Assembly: GCA_963762565.1 (NCBI GenBank)
Contig: CAVXLD010000011.1
Span: 178,596 to 242,595, forward strand
Source of the DNA: an uncultured Verrucomicrobiae bacterium
GTDB taxonomy: Bacteria > Verrucomicrobiota > Verrucomicrobiia > Chthoniobacterales > JAFAMB01
Direction: 5' to 3'
DNA: 64,000 nucleotides
Positions within the stretch are counted from its first letter, which is position 1. Every line of letters begins with the position of its first letter. The notes below the pieces were generated by a model, which saw nothing but the letters and a program-made list of their open reading frames with translations, ran no database searches and was not told the origin of the DNA. A program made the translations under genes and the position numbers. Shown here piece by piece: positions 1 to 10,099 of this stretch.

Positions 1-99
1 GGGGTAACAAACTTCACGGGCAGTCCGGAACCGCGGTCTTTGTCTGAACTGCCGCGGTTGATGGTTGTAGGAGGTCGACGCGCGGCCGTCGGCCGCGCC

Positions 100-257
100 A
101 ATCGTTCTCGTCCTCGTCCTCGATGTACGTGCTTTTTGGGTCCCTGGCGTGGACTGCCCAAGACACCCGGTTAAGCGCGCTGATCTGCTGGAGTTATACG
201 TTCCGGCTGGCCGGGGCGCTGCGCGGTTCCAAATCGAGGACGAGGACGAGAACGATT
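100..257. repeat. MITE-like element with perfect 25-bp terminal inverted repeats (GAGGAC hexamer family)
   Basis: aatcgttctcgtcctcgtcctcgat (100-124) is the reverse complement of atcgaggacgaggacgagaacgatt (233-257); related half copies at about 15642-15765 and 56705-56732. Confidence 0.85.
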
Positions 258-451
258 AGAGGCGCGAGCGGGACGACCCGCCATTGCCGCGAAGAGCGCC
301 CTTCGCAAGCTTGACACGCCCAGGAAGCCGTAATAATACTACGCGAACGAGTTTGGGGGCAGAAGCCTGGCCCGCTCGTGTCCTCTCGGCGGCTGGGGAG
401 GCCAAGGCAAAAATAAGCTCTTGTTCCACAATCTTGGAGAAAGCATCTACA

Positions 452-1552
452 ATGGCCAGAAAAACAAAACGCGAAGTCGACCCGCAGAGATACGCGTTAT
501 CCAGGCGTCGTTTCCTGCGCAATGCCGGCATCGGGGCGGCTAGCCTCCCATTCCTCGAGTCTCTTACTAACAGGGCGGACGCGGCGTCGTCCACCGCTAC
601 CAAAAATCCGTGGCCCGACTACCCGGCTTACAAGTTTGCCTTCGTCTGTCACGTGACTGCCGACGTCTTCTTCAACGCCGTTCGAGCCGGGGCGAACGAC
701 ATGTGTGCGCTTCTGGGCACCTCCTACACCTGGACCGGCTCCGAAAACGACATCATTCCCGAGATGGTAAATGCCTTTAGAGTTGCGATTACCAATAATG
801 TTGACGGAATCGCATGCGCTGTGGTTGACCCCAAGGCTTTTAACGCCGTGACGGATGAGGCGCTGGGCAAGGGAATTCCGGTAGTTGCTTACAACGCCGA
901 AGCTCCTGCCGGCAGCGGCAGCCACGTAATGTCCTACATCGGCCAGGACCTCTTCCAGGCCGGAGTGGCGGTCGGCAAGCGCATTCTCACCTCCGTCAAG
1001 AAAGGCGACTTGGTCGGCGGTATGATCAGCGTACCGGGCTCGCTCAATGAACAACCGCGGATGGACGGCGCCGCGAGCGTGTTTAAGCCGGCTGGCGTCG
1101 ATTTTGTGCAGGTGGGCGTTGGAGCCACAGAAGGACCGGCGCTCGCCTCGATCCAGGCCTGGTATCAAGGGCATCAGAACGTCAAATTCATGTTCTCTAG
1201 CGGTGGAAGTAACGGGGTCGCCGTCGCGAAGACCATCGAGAAATTGAACCTGGCGGCCAAGGGTATCGGGGGTGCAGCTTTCGACGTTGGCCTTCCCGTG
1301 TTGCAGAATATCGCGGCTGGCAACCTAGCCTTTACAGTCGACCAGCAGGCCTACCTGCAGGGCTCCATGTCGATCTACCAGCTGTTCCTCTACAACATCA
1401 CTGGCGGACTGATCACGCCCACCGATTACAACACCGGCTTCAAGTATGTAACCAAGGACACCGTTGATGCCTATCTGCAGAATAAGGATTCTTGGGAAGG
1501 CTCAAGCCAGACGCCGGTCGTGTTCACCAGGCCAAAATCGATCAGCTTTTAG
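452..1552 (+). CDS. Sugar ABC transporter substrate-binding protein (RbsB/Peripla_BP_4-like) with Tat-type leader
   Basis: ATG at 452 after GGAG; SRRRFLRNAG twin-arginine motif; VDGIACA, GIPVVAYN, YIGQD, TVDQQAYLQG motifs; first gene of an ABC operon. Confidence 0.9.
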   Translation: MARKTKREVDPQRYALSRRRFLRNAGIGAASLPFLESLTNRADAASSTATKNPWPDYPAYKFAFVCHVTADVFFNAVRAGANDMCALLGTSYTWTGSENDIIPEMVNAFRVAITNNVDGIACAVVDPKAFNAVTDEALGKGIPVVAYNAEAPAGSGSHVMSYIGQDLFQAGVAVGKRILTSVKKGDLVGGMISVPGSLNEQPRMDGAASVFKPAGVDFVQVGVGATEGPALASIQAWYQGHQNVKFMFSSGGSNGVAVAKTIEKLNLAAKGIGGAAFDVGLPVLQNIAAGNLAFTVDQQAYLQGSMSIYQLFLYNITGGLITPTDYNTGFKYVTKDTVDAYLQNKDSWEGSSQTPVVFTRPKSISF

Positions 1553-1599
1553 TGTCCTGTCCCATTGAGGGTCGATTCGGTGCTGGGGTATCATAGGAT

Positions 1600-2682
1600 A
1601 TGAGGTCTAACACCCCAGCGCCCCAGGAGGTGAGCCGCGAGACATCCGCTTTGGTTATGCGGCGATTCATCGGCCAGCATCTGAGCGAGCTGGTTGGCGC
1701 CCTGGTAGCGATTGCCTTAGCGATCTTCTTCACGATTGAGTCGCCGCACTTCTTCACATCCGACAATGCGCTGGTGTTGTCCCAGTTCATCGCACCGTTC
1801 GCTATTTTTGCGCTTGCCGAAGTGCCGGTCCTGATCCTGGGCGAGATCGATCTGTCTGTCGGACAGATGTACATCGCATCGCCCTTTTTCGTCACCTACT
1901 GGAATAACGCCGGTGTCCCTGTCTTACCCAGCATCATCCTCGCGCTGTTGATGTGCTGTGGCCTCGGGTTGATCAACGGCCTGGTAACCGTCAAGCTTCG
2001 CGTACCGTCGTTCATCGCCACTCTGGGAATGGCCTTCGCGCTCAGAGGCATAGTCCTTATCTATTCCAATGGGGCGCCGACGAACCCGGTCGGCTCGGGC
2101 ACGCTAATGAACATCCTGGGTGGATGGGCCTGGTCCGAGGCCTTCTGGGCATTGGGCATCGCTATATTGCTCAACCTGATGCTGCGAGGCACGACCTTCG
2201 GCCTGCACATCGTCGCGGTGGGAGGAAACACAGAGTCCGCTAGAGAATCGGGAATCAGAGTGGACTACGTCAAGACTTGGTGCTTCGTGTTGTGCGCGCT
2301 GCTAGGAGGTGTGATCGGTATTTTAGATGGTTATCACCTTGGCAGTCTTGACCCTGCTACCGATGGTTTGACCTTCATGTTCTACGGCGTGACCTCTGCC
2401 GTGATTGGCGGCACCGCGCTCACCGGAGGACGCGGTACTATGGTCGGCGCCTGCATCGGCGCGTGCGTGTTAGGTATGATCAAGGACGGGTTCCTTATCC
2501 TGGGCACTAGTTCCTTCGCGCTCGACTTGGTCACCGGCCTGACAATCCTGGCCGCGATGATCCTCAACGTTCAGATCGAGCAGGCAACTTCCATTCGAAG
2601 GCCGCGCGGGTCGTTCGCCCACGCCGTGAGCTTGATCTTCTCGATCTTCCCGAGACGCAGAAAAGAAAGGGTCCGTTCATGA
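1600..2682 (+). CDS. Sugar ABC transporter permease (RbsC-like)
   Basis: GEIDLSVG, VPSFIATLG, AVIGGTALTGGRG motifs; multiple hydrophobic helices. Confidence 0.93.
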   Translation: MRSNTPAPQEVSRETSALVMRRFIGQHLSELVGALVAIALAIFFTIESPHFFTSDNALVLSQFIAPFAIFALAEVPVLILGEIDLSVGQMYIASPFFVTYWNNAGVPVLPSIILALLMCCGLGLINGLVTVKLRVPSFIATLGMAFALRGIVLIYSNGAPTNPVGSGTLMNILGGWAWSEAFWALGIAILLNLMLRGTTFGLHIVAVGGNTESARESGIRVDYVKTWCFVLCALLGGVIGILDGYHLGSLDPATDGLTFMFYGVTSAVIGGTALTGGRGTMVGACIGACVLGMIKDGFLILGTSSFALDLVTGLTILAAMILNVQIEQATSIRRPRGSFAHAVSLIFSIFPRRRKERVRS

Positions 2683-3503
2683 CGCCAAACGGAGGAACCG
2701 ATGGACCGGCTGGCGGTTTGGACGTTTTGCGGACCGAGCAGATTTCGATGAGCTTCGGCCCCGTGGTCGCGTTGCGGGGTGTAGACTTGCATCTACGGCG
2801 TGGCGAGGTTCTCGGGCTGGTCGGCGACAATGGCGCCGGTAAGTCGACGCTGGTCAAGATCTTGACGGGCCTGTATCGGCCGGACGGTGGCCGTATCTAT
2901 CTGGACGGCGAAGAGGTCGGGTTCCGTTCTGTGCAGCACGCACGCCAGCACGGCATCGAGACGGTGTTTCAAGATCTGGCCCTCGTCGATGAGCTGAGCG
3001 TTTATCATAATCTATTTCTCAACCGCGAACACACGTTCGGCGGCTGGTTCCGGTTTCTCAGAAACCGGGCGATGCGCGCCGCCGCCAGGCGGTTTCTGGA
3101 CGACATCGGGATAGACATTCCTTCCGTCGACACACCCGTGGCGAAACTGTCCGGGGGCCAACGACAAGCCATCGCCGTCGCTCGCGCGGTCCGCCAGAAG
3201 AACATCAAGATCCTGCTGCTCGATGAGCCGCTGGCGGCAATGGGAGCGAAGGAAACATCCCTAATCATTGGACTGATCAAGAGTCTGTCCAAGAAGGCGA
3301 ACATCTCGATCATCGTCATAGACCATAACTACACCCATCTCTTCGAGATCTGTGATCGCATTAACGTGATCCAGCACGGTCAGGTAACGCTGGACAAGAG
3401 TCTAACCGAGATCAAACTTCAGGAGCTCGTCGATTTCATGGTGCAGGGCTTCCGACGAGATGTAGCCACAGGAGCTTACGAAACGACTCCCGGGAAGCGT
3501 TAA
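2679..3503 (+). CDS. Sugar ABC transporter ATP-binding protein (single NBD)
   Basis: Walker A GDNGAGKST, signature LSGGQ, Walker B LLLDEP; ATGA overlap with the permease. Confidence 0.95.
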   Translation: MTPNGGTDGPAGGLDVLRTEQISMSFGPVVALRGVDLHLRRGEVLGLVGDNGAGKSTLVKILTGLYRPDGGRIYLDGEEVGFRSVQHARQHGIETVFQDLALVDELSVYHNLFLNREHTFGGWFRFLRNRAMRAAARRFLDDIGIDIPSVDTPVAKLSGGQRQAIAVARAVRQKNIKILLLDEPLAAMGAKETSLIIGLIKSLSKKANISIIVIDHNYTHLFEICDRINVIQHGQVTLDKSLTEIKLQELVDFMVQGFRRDVATGAYETTPGKR

Positions 3504-3850
3504 GGGAGCCGACGCGCAAATGAAAGCTCGTGGCCGTCAGGATCGCGCATATGAAAGTAGCGCTCGCCCCATAACGCATCGTGTGGGCTGTTTGGATGAA
3601 AGCCGTTTTCCGTGAGATGCGCCCAGAAACGGTCAACGTCAGAAACGTGAAAAATCAATCGTCCCCACTGGATATCAGCCTGGCCGTGTTCGAGGTTTAG
3701 AATCGTGTCGCTATCTTTTGTGCGAAGCGATGTGAAATCTGAGGCTTCGCCACCGTAGATGATCTCCAGGCCCAAGACTTCTCTGTAGAAGCGAACGGAG
3801 GCCTGCATGTTCGCAACCCGAAGGGTAATGGCAGAAATCTTCTCAACCAT
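3500..3850 (-). CDS. VOC/glyoxalase family protein
   Basis: ITLRVANMQASVRFYREVLGL ... WGERYFHMRDPDGHELSF. Confidence 0.9.
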   Translation of the reverse strand: MVEKISAITLRVANMQASVRFYREVLGLEIIYGGEASDFTSLRTKDSDTILNLEHGQADIQWGRLIFHVSDVDRFWAHLTENGFHPNSPHDALWGERYFHMRDPDGHELSFARRLP

Positions 3851-4085
3851 AGATAGGTCGCTTTTAACCGTAGCATATCGGGATAGGCTGCTGAAGTATC
3901 TCGGGAAAAGCAGGCCGCCAGGCGAGAACTCCGATCCGTCAAAAATTGACGCAGAATTAGCATTTCAACGCAGTCTGGACCGGTTGGACTGCTAGCCTCA
4001 GACATCCGGGTGCCACGGCGGTGATAACTCTATTAGCTTTGTTTTCCGGAGTGGCGCCAATTCCGTGAATGGCGGGGTGCAATTT

Positions 4086-4210
4086 GGGGAGGGCGCGCGT
4101 CCCCGCGCGCCGCGAGGACGGGCCACCACCCAGCGGCGTATTTTTGTCCGCGATCAAAACACGTCCCCGGTTTCGGTCACAAACGGATCGCGAGGACGCG
4201 ATCCCTCCCC
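4086..4210. repeat. REPIN-like doublet (family A), copy 1
   Basis: ggggagggcgcgcgtccccgcgcgccg ... cggatcgcgaggacgcgatccctcccc inverted pair; further copies at 15505, 21861, 22010 and 14257. Confidence 0.85.
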
Positions 4211-4220
4211 GCGAAGTACC

Positions 4221-4976
4221 TCAAGCGTTTGTGCCGCCATCAACGGTGAGGTTAGCACCGTTAACGTAGGACGACTCCGGACCAGCAACGAACGCAACCA
4301 ATGCCGCGACCTCGTCGGCATGTCCATACCGGTCAAGCGGGACAACTGCTTTTTGGGGTGAGGCCCAATCTCCTGCGGCTGGGTTTAGATCGGTATCGAT
4401 TGGTCCTGGTTGGACGTTGTTGACCGTAATACCTCGGGCTCCGAGTTCGCGGGCCAATCCTTGGGTGAACATCTTGACGGCTCCCTTGGTCGCAGAGTAG
4501 GGGGCCATGCCGGGAATCAATACCCGCTCGCCCAAGCAAGAGCCGATGGTAATAATACGTCCTCCATTTTTCATGTGTTTCAGCGCCGCCTGCGTCGCAA
4601 CAAACACGCCTCGGACGTTTACCGCAAAGAGACGATCGAAATCAGCCAGGGTCGTATCTTCCACGGAGTTCGGAATGGCGGTGCCGGCATTGTTCACGAG
4701 CACATCAAGCCGGCCAAAGGTTGTGGCGGTCTGGTCCACAGCGCTTCTGACGGCATCAGCGTCCGCGGCATCGGCCTGAATCGCGATCGCCTTGCCGCCG
4801 GCGCTTTCGATGGCCTTCACGACCGAAACAGCCGCGTCCGCTCCTTTGGTATAAGTGATAGCGACGCTCGCTCCGTCTGCGGCCAACCGTTTAGCGATCG
4901 CCGCGCCTATCCCGCGGGAGCCACCCGTAACCAACGCCACCTTGCCTTCCAGTTTTTCCGAGTTGTTCTTACTCAT
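4221..4976 (-). CDS. SDR family oxidoreductase (FabG-like)
   Basis: TGGSRGIG, NNAG, YSATK, PGPIDT motifs. Confidence 0.95.
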   Translation of the reverse strand: MSKNNSEKLEGKVALVTGGSRGIGAAIAKRLAADGASVAITYTKGADAAVSVVKAIESAGGKAIAIQADAADADAVRSAVDQTATTFGRLDVLVNNAGTAIPNSVEDTTLADFDRLFAVNVRGVFVATQAALKHMKNGGRIITIGSCLGERVLIPGMAPYSATKGAVKMFTQGLARELGARGITVNNVQPGPIDTDLNPAAGDWASPQKAVVPLDRYGHADEVAALVAFVAGPESSYVNGANLTVDGGTNA

Positions 4977-5008
4977 TTGTCTTCGCTTTCTGTTGATGTT
5001 TCCGTGTG

Positions 5009-6136
5009 TTAAGTTGTTAGTGACGAATCACCTGTCACTGCTAACCAGCGGGGATAGTCGGTATAGCCCTTGGGGCCGGCTGCATAGACCGTCGGCCAAT
5101 TGATTTCGTTGAGTGGCGCGCTAGCCAAAAAACGTTCCGGTAAATCAGGATTAGCAATGTAGGGCCGGCCGAACGCAACGGAGTCCACGAGCCCGGCTGC
5201 AATCAAGTTGTTAGCACGCTCCTGGGTCATCTCAACGTTAACAATGAAATGCCCGTGATAACGGGCGCGAAAGTGCCGGAACATGCCGTCGCCGGCGAGA
5301 TCTTCCAACGGTGTGCCCCTGAAGTCCGTAGTGGCTCCCATCATGAGCAAGTGGGCGAGGCCGTAGTCGTTCAATGTCTCGATCACGTACTCCATGTCCG
5401 GCAAAGTGTCCGGATTGGCAAGGAACGGACCTGATATGTTCATTGGACCGATCTTTATACCGACACGGCCGGACTCGACGTAGTCAAGTACCGTTTCAAC
5501 GATCTCGAACAGGAAGCGGGCGCGGTTTGTGGTAGAGCCTCCATACTCGTCAGTTCGTTGGTTAGTCGCACTATTCAGGAACTGAGCGATCAGATAGAGG
5601 TAGTTAGCTTGGATCTGTACGCCGTCGAAGCCGGCCTCCATGGCATTCTTTGCTGCTGTCCCGAAGTCGGCAACCGTCTGGCGAATCTCTGCCTTGCTCA
5701 TCGGGCGAGGAACCACGGTTGGTCTTCTGCCGGAAGGAGTGACGCTCTCTTGTTCTGGATTCACAGCAGAGGCAGACATGGGCAAGGCGCCATCGAAGAA
5801 GTCCGGGTGCGACATGGCGCCGGTGTGCCAGAGTTGGGCGTACATCAAACCGCCCTTTTGGTGAACAGCTTCGGTCACCCGGCGCCATCCTTCTATTTGT
5901 TCTTTGCTCCAGAGGCCGGGAGTGTCAGCCCAGCCATAGGCGTCGGGGCTGATCTCGGTACATTCGCCGATGATGAGCCCAGCAGACGCTCGTTGCGAAT
6001 AATACTCGACGTGGAGCTCGGTTGGCGCGTGTGCCGGGTTCGACGCGCGCATCCTGGTAAGCGGCGCCATAACAATCCGATTCCGCAGTTCCAATGCGCC
6101 CATCCGCACCGGAGTGAATAGCGGCTGCAGCTTCAT
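5009..6136 (-). CDS. Old Yellow Enzyme family alkene reductase (NemA-like)
   Basis: NRIVMAPLTRMR, QLWHTG, AGFDGVQI, NQRTDEYGGS, FGRPYIANPDLP, KGYTDYP. Confidence 0.93.
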   Translation of the reverse strand: MKLQPLFTPVRMGALELRNRIVMAPLTRMRASNPAHAPTELHVEYYSQRASAGLIIGECTEISPDAYGWADTPGLWSKEQIEGWRRVTEAVHQKGGLMYAQLWHTGAMSHPDFFDGALPMSASAVNPEQESVTPSGRRPTVVPRPMSKAEIRQTVADFGTAAKNAMEAGFDGVQIQANYLYLIAQFLNSATNQRTDEYGGSTTNRARFLFEIVETVLDYVESGRVGIKIGPMNISGPFLANPDTLPDMEYVIETLNDYGLAHLLMMGATTDFRGTPLEDLAGDGMFRHFRARYHGHFIVNVEMTQERANNLIAAGLVDSVAFGRPYIANPDLPERFLASAPLNEINWPTVYAAGPKGYTDYPRWLAVTGDSSLTT

Positions 6137-6546
6137 GCTTTTTCGTAGGTCGGGAAGCTGCTGCCAAACATTGGCTTTCCGCTCTTTGACTGTTCCTGCG
6201 TTGCCTCATCCTGAATCACGTCCCAATGCTCGACCAGAATGCCGTTCTCGATTCTGAGAATGTCGGCGGCGATCCAATTGACCGGCAGACCGAACCCGGA
6301 GAACCGACCGTGGGCGATGACAAAATCACCGTTAGCCACAATCAAGCCCGGCTCATACTTCAGTGTTGGTGGGCTGCTTTTGACTAGGTCAAACAATCCT
6401 TCGCGGCCAGGGGCGATATGTGCGCTGTGCTGAATATAGTCGGGTGACCAATAACGCTCAGCCGCGACATAGTTGCGCTGGTTGAAGAGTGTATCAAATG
6501 CCTCAAGGACTAGTGCTTTGTTCGTGTCTTCTTTCGATTGATTCAT
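6133..6546 (-). CDS. SnoaL-like / NTF2 family protein
   Basis: NKALVLEAFDTLFN ... YIQHS ... DILRIENGILVEHWDVIQ. Confidence 0.88.
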   Translation of the reverse strand: MNQSKEDTNKALVLEAFDTLFNQRNYVAAERYWSPDYIQHSAHIAPGREGLFDLVKSSPPTLKYEPGLIVANGDFVIAHGRFSGFGLPVNWIAADILRIENGILVEHWDVIQDEATQEQSKSGKPMFGSSFPTYEKA

Positions 6547-6664
6547 AGAAGGAATACTCCAGGGATAGGTGGTTAGTTAAGGACGAGCGTGCTCGTCGGT
6601 AGAGCCGGTGTTAATGGTTAGCCGAAGGTCTGCCAGACTCCGCTCCCAGCGTTGACGGCCCTGT

Positions 6665-6686
6665 CGCTCCGGCAGCTGCCGGAGCG
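6665..6686. repeat. Perfect 22-nt palindrome between the FUSC and SnoaL genes (possible RNA hairpin)
   Basis: cgctccggcagctgccggagcg is self-complementary; no U-tract, so terminator function is uncertain. Confidence 0.5.
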
Positions 6687-6698
6687 CTGCCGGCGTTG

Positions 6699-8945
6699 TT
6701 AGAGACTGTAGTCATCCCAGTAACGGTCTAGTGCGAAGGACATGGTTTGATTGCGGCAGGCCTCCAAATCGTCAGCGATGACATCCAGCCTGTGCGCCAC
6801 TGATAAATAATTCCCAACGGAATCCGAGCTTTGACCAGTCAATAGATTTTGAGTTCGAACCTCGTGTAGGACAGTCCGAAAATTTTCACGGGCCGCCTGG
6901 GCAGACGGGATCTGAACTTGGGTTGACCCTTCTTTAAAGACCTTAGTCAAACCTTCTGCTATTCCTCGAAACTCTTCTCTGGCCTTCTCGACAACCGGAT
7001 CGATTAGCTGTGCGATGCTTTCAGGCAGCGGCGAAGGTTCGGTGCGAGCACGAGCGCTGAGGCGTAGCGCCAAACGTCGCATCGTCACGGTCAACGCGAC
7101 GATCTTTTCAACTTCACTCTCCGAACAGTGTCGCCCCTTTAAACCCTTGGCCCAATTTACGCTTTCGATCGGCAGTAGACTCAAACGATCGGATAGCGGC
7201 TTATCGCCGTGACCGGGTTGTTTGCTCAAGAAGGTGGAACAGATGGAAAAGAATTCGACAAAGCGGTTTCTTAGTTCTGCCTCGGGAAGCACTGGCCAGA
7301 ACAGGCGACCAATAATGGCGGCAATAAAGATTGGTAAGACGACGGAAAAGTATGAACTGAAAACGGTTTGTACGGCGACTGGCTTCTCCGCATCGATGTT
7401 CACGCTTGCGATAATAAAAAACATCACCGCCCCGGGGTGGATATTCTGCCCTCCCAGAGCAGCCAGCCAATACCCGAAGGCTAACAGCTCGACGAACAGG
7501 AACAGGTTCATGATACTGTAGTTGGAGAGAGCGGGGCTGATCCAAAATACCAAGATCACGAAGAAGAGACCGCCCAGTGATACTTGAAAGGCGCGCTGCA
7601 ATGTTCCCCGATCCGCCTTACCACCGAGAAAATTCTTGTTATAGAAGGTCAGAGCCAACGCCGCTAAGGGGATACCGGCCGCGCCGGGAGGGTTAAACCA
7701 TTGGCAGATCAACAGCGCTACCGTGCCCGCAATGGCAGGCTTCACTCCGTCCCGGAGCCGGCTTGGGCTTATCTTTGGCCAATGAAACTTTTGCGTTTGA
7801 TCCCGTTGTGGCGGATCTCCCGGTAAGGGCAGGTCGGGTACAATCTGACGTAAGCGCAAAATCTCATCACATATGGCCAGAAGAGCCGCATTGTGGTTTG
7901 CTAGATCTAAGACATCCTCAAGAGAGTAAGTCCGTGCCTTTCCGGTGGAGAGAAGTTCTCCGATCCGAGCCTCTAGAACCTGCGAGAGTGATCTCAGTTG
8001 GTTATCATTGAGTCTGGTCTTCGATCCGATACCGCCGTTGATAAGTTGCAATTGTTGATCGATCCCCTGGTAAACGTTTGAAAGCTCTGGAGCAATGTCG
8101 CCCAGATAATCGGGGCTTCCCGGTTGTTGTCGAAACAAGTCTAAGGAGGCCTGAAAAAGACGCGTCAGAGAGACCACCGCGGCGGTATAGCTTGGCAAAC
8201 TTCGCCGGAAATAGAGACTCTCGTTGGCTCCGTTCTGAAGTAGTGCCCGTAAACGAAGGCTCTGGGAACGAACAGCGATGGCAGTCGACTGGACCTGCTT
8301 CCAGATCTTGGGTCCTGAGGCCGAGCTCCTATGTCGCAAGTCAATGAGTTTTGCCACATTGCCCAGCATGGATCGGAGTAACTCAAGAAACTCCTGACGG
8401 GCAAATCGTGGCCAGAGCAAGTGAAAGACGAGAATAATGGAAACAACGCCCGTTAGGATCTCTAGCGTTCGACCTATGCCGACATTCCAGGCGTTGGTTG
8501 GGGCAAATATGCCGGACGAACTGACCGTTATCAGAGTGTTGGCGCAGAGAAAAAATGAATAGGGGAAAAAAGTGCCGCCATACATGTACATGCAGAACCA
8601 TAAATACCCGAATGTGAACAACAGGAAGAAGAGCCGATCCTGTTGATAGTTACCGACTAACCATACCCCGATAAATCCACCGATAATTGTGCCGGCAACT
8701 CGAGCGATTGACCGTTGGGCTATCGCTCCAACGTACTGGGCCGGGGCCAGAACTAACACGGTGAATAGTGCCCAGCTGGAATGACCAAGCCTGATGAGTT
8801 GCGAGAGATAGACCGCTAATAGGCCAGCCAAAGCTACCTTGATACCAAACACCGTCTTAGGGTTCGCAACGACGGAAGCCAACTCTTGGGCCAGGCTTCG
8901 GACAACTGCCCATGGGCGCGGGTAGGACTTAGCGGTGACGCTCAC
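6699..8945 (-). CDS. FUSC family efflux inner-membrane protein (AaeB-like)
   Basis: WALFTVLVL, RSIARVAGTIIGG, RTLEILTG, LLWPR; two hydrophobic blocks; downstream of the HlyD and DUF1656 genes. Confidence 0.88.
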   Translation of the reverse strand: MSVTAKSYPRPWAVVRSLAQELASVVANPKTVFGIKVALAGLLAVYLSQLIRLGHSSWALFTVLVLAPAQYVGAIAQRSIARVAGTIIGGFIGVWLVGNYQQDRLFFLLFTFGYLWFCMYMYGGTFFPYSFFLCANTLITVSSSGIFAPTNAWNVGIGRTLEILTGVVSIILVFHLLWPRFARQEFLELLRSMLGNVAKLIDLRHRSSASGPKIWKQVQSTAIAVRSQSLRLRALLQNGANESLYFRRSLPSYTAAVVSLTRLFQASLDLFRQQPGSPDYLGDIAPELSNVYQGIDQQLQLINGGIGSKTRLNDNQLRSLSQVLEARIGELLSTGKARTYSLEDVLDLANHNAALLAICDEILRLRQIVPDLPLPGDPPQRDQTQKFHWPKISPSRLRDGVKPAIAGTVALLICQWFNPPGAAGIPLAALALTFYNKNFLGGKADRGTLQRAFQVSLGGLFFVILVFWISPALSNYSIMNLFLFVELLAFGYWLAALGGQNIHPGAVMFFIIASVNIDAEKPVAVQTVFSSYFSVVLPIFIAAIIGRLFWPVLPEAELRNRFVEFFSICSTFLSKQPGHGDKPLSDRLSLLPIESVNWAKGLKGRHCSESEVEKIVALTVTMRRLALRLSARARTEPSPLPESIAQLIDPVVEKAREEFRGIAEGLTKVFKEGSTQVQIPSAQAARENFRTVLHEVRTQNLLTGQSSDSVGNYLSVAHRLDVIADDLEACRNQTMSFALDRYWDDYSL

Positions 8946-8948
8946 AGT

Positions 8949-9851
8949 TTAGTGCCTCGATAAACCGGGAGTTTCAGGTGCAGGATGGGGCTCGACGGCA
9001 ACCGTGACCGTCTGGCCGATCCTCAGTGGTACGGGAGGCTTTCCGGTAATCTTGATCCGGACAGGGAAACGTTGTGGCAGCCGAACCCAATCAACGGTCT
9101 GATTGACGGCAGCCAATAGACCCGTCGCGCTCCCACCGGAGCCATCTTGAACAAAGACTCCCCAGGCGACGCTCTCGATGTTTCCGCCAAAAGGCTGGTC
9201 CCGATATCCCATCAGGGTCAGCTTTACATCCCGACCAGGCTTGATCGAGACGAGCTGAGTTTCCTTAAAGTAGGCCGCAATCCAGAAGGAGCTCGAATCA
9301 ACCAAGGCTAGGAGCTGATCTCCCACATGGACGTAAGCGCCAGGACTGGTGTTGACATTGGTTAGGTAACCATCAACCGGCGCATAAACCTTGGTGTAAC
9401 TCAGATTCAGCTCAGCTTGTTGCAGGTTGGCTCGGGCCGCACCTAGTTCGGCCTGGGCCTCGGCAAAGGCGTTTTGAGCATTTTGGAACAGCTGTTTTGA
9501 ATCGACGTTTCTTTTGAATAGATCGGTCTCCCGGTCAAGATCCTGTTGCTTCTGCAGGAGATTGGCCTCCAGATTCGCAACCGACGCCTTAGCGGAGGCT
9601 AAAGCAGTTTGATAATCCGCAGGATCAATTTCAAACAAAAGGTCGCCGGCCTTTACTTCCTGATTATCGTGTACCGGAATCTTAACAATCGGACCAGCGA
9701 CGCGGGGTGCGATTCCCACAATGTTCGCTCTGACCTGGCAATCGCGTGTCCAGGGGTCAGTGATATATTTCCGATATAGAAGCCAAGCGCAGGTCGCCGC
9801 CACTGCGACGGCGATCAATGTAACCAGGTATCGATAAAGCGCGATTTTCAC
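8949..9851 (-). CDS. HlyD family efflux adaptor (AaeA-like)
   Basis: PWTRDCQVRA, IAPRVAG, VYAPVDGY, YFKETQL, WVRLPQRFPVRI; GTG start at 9851 overlaps the upstream stop (GTGA). Confidence 0.92.
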   Translation of the reverse strand: MKIALYRYLVTLIAVAVAATCAWLLYRKYITDPWTRDCQVRANIVGIAPRVAGPIVKIPVHDNQEVKAGDLLFEIDPADYQTALASAKASVANLEANLLQKQQDLDRETDLFKRNVDSKQLFQNAQNAFAEAQAELGAARANLQQAELNLSYTKVYAPVDGYLTNVNTSPGAYVHVGDQLLALVDSSSFWIAAYFKETQLVSIKPGRDVKLTLMGYRDQPFGGNIESVAWGVFVQDGSGGSATGLLAAVNQTVDWVRLPQRFPVRIKITGKPPVPLRIGQTVTVAVEPHPAPETPGLSRH

Positions 9852-10069
9852 GGGGCGAAGACCAGGCCAATTAGACTTCCGAACAACACGGCTAGCGCGG
9901 CAAAGAAGAGCGGTAGGTGCCAGACGTGTCGAGTTACGCCCAAATGTTCGAGCAAGCTTGTGACTGCCCAAGCACACAAGAAGCCGAGAACAACGATCGC
10001 CATCGACCAAGGAGTATTGAAATCATAGATCGACTGCTCGCCATTCCTCAGATAGTTGGCTATATCCAT
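9848..10069 (-). CDS. DUF1656 / AaeX-like small membrane protein
   Basis: 73 aa, two TM helices, RHVWHLPLF motif; positioned before the HlyD gene. Confidence 0.8.
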   Translation of the reverse strand: MDIANYLRNGEQSIYDFNTPWSMAIVVLGFLCAWAVTSLLEHLGVTRHVWHLPLFFAALAVLFGSLIGLVFAP

Positions 10070-10099
10070 AGGTAAGGTTCCTTTCTGCCATGGCGGGTC

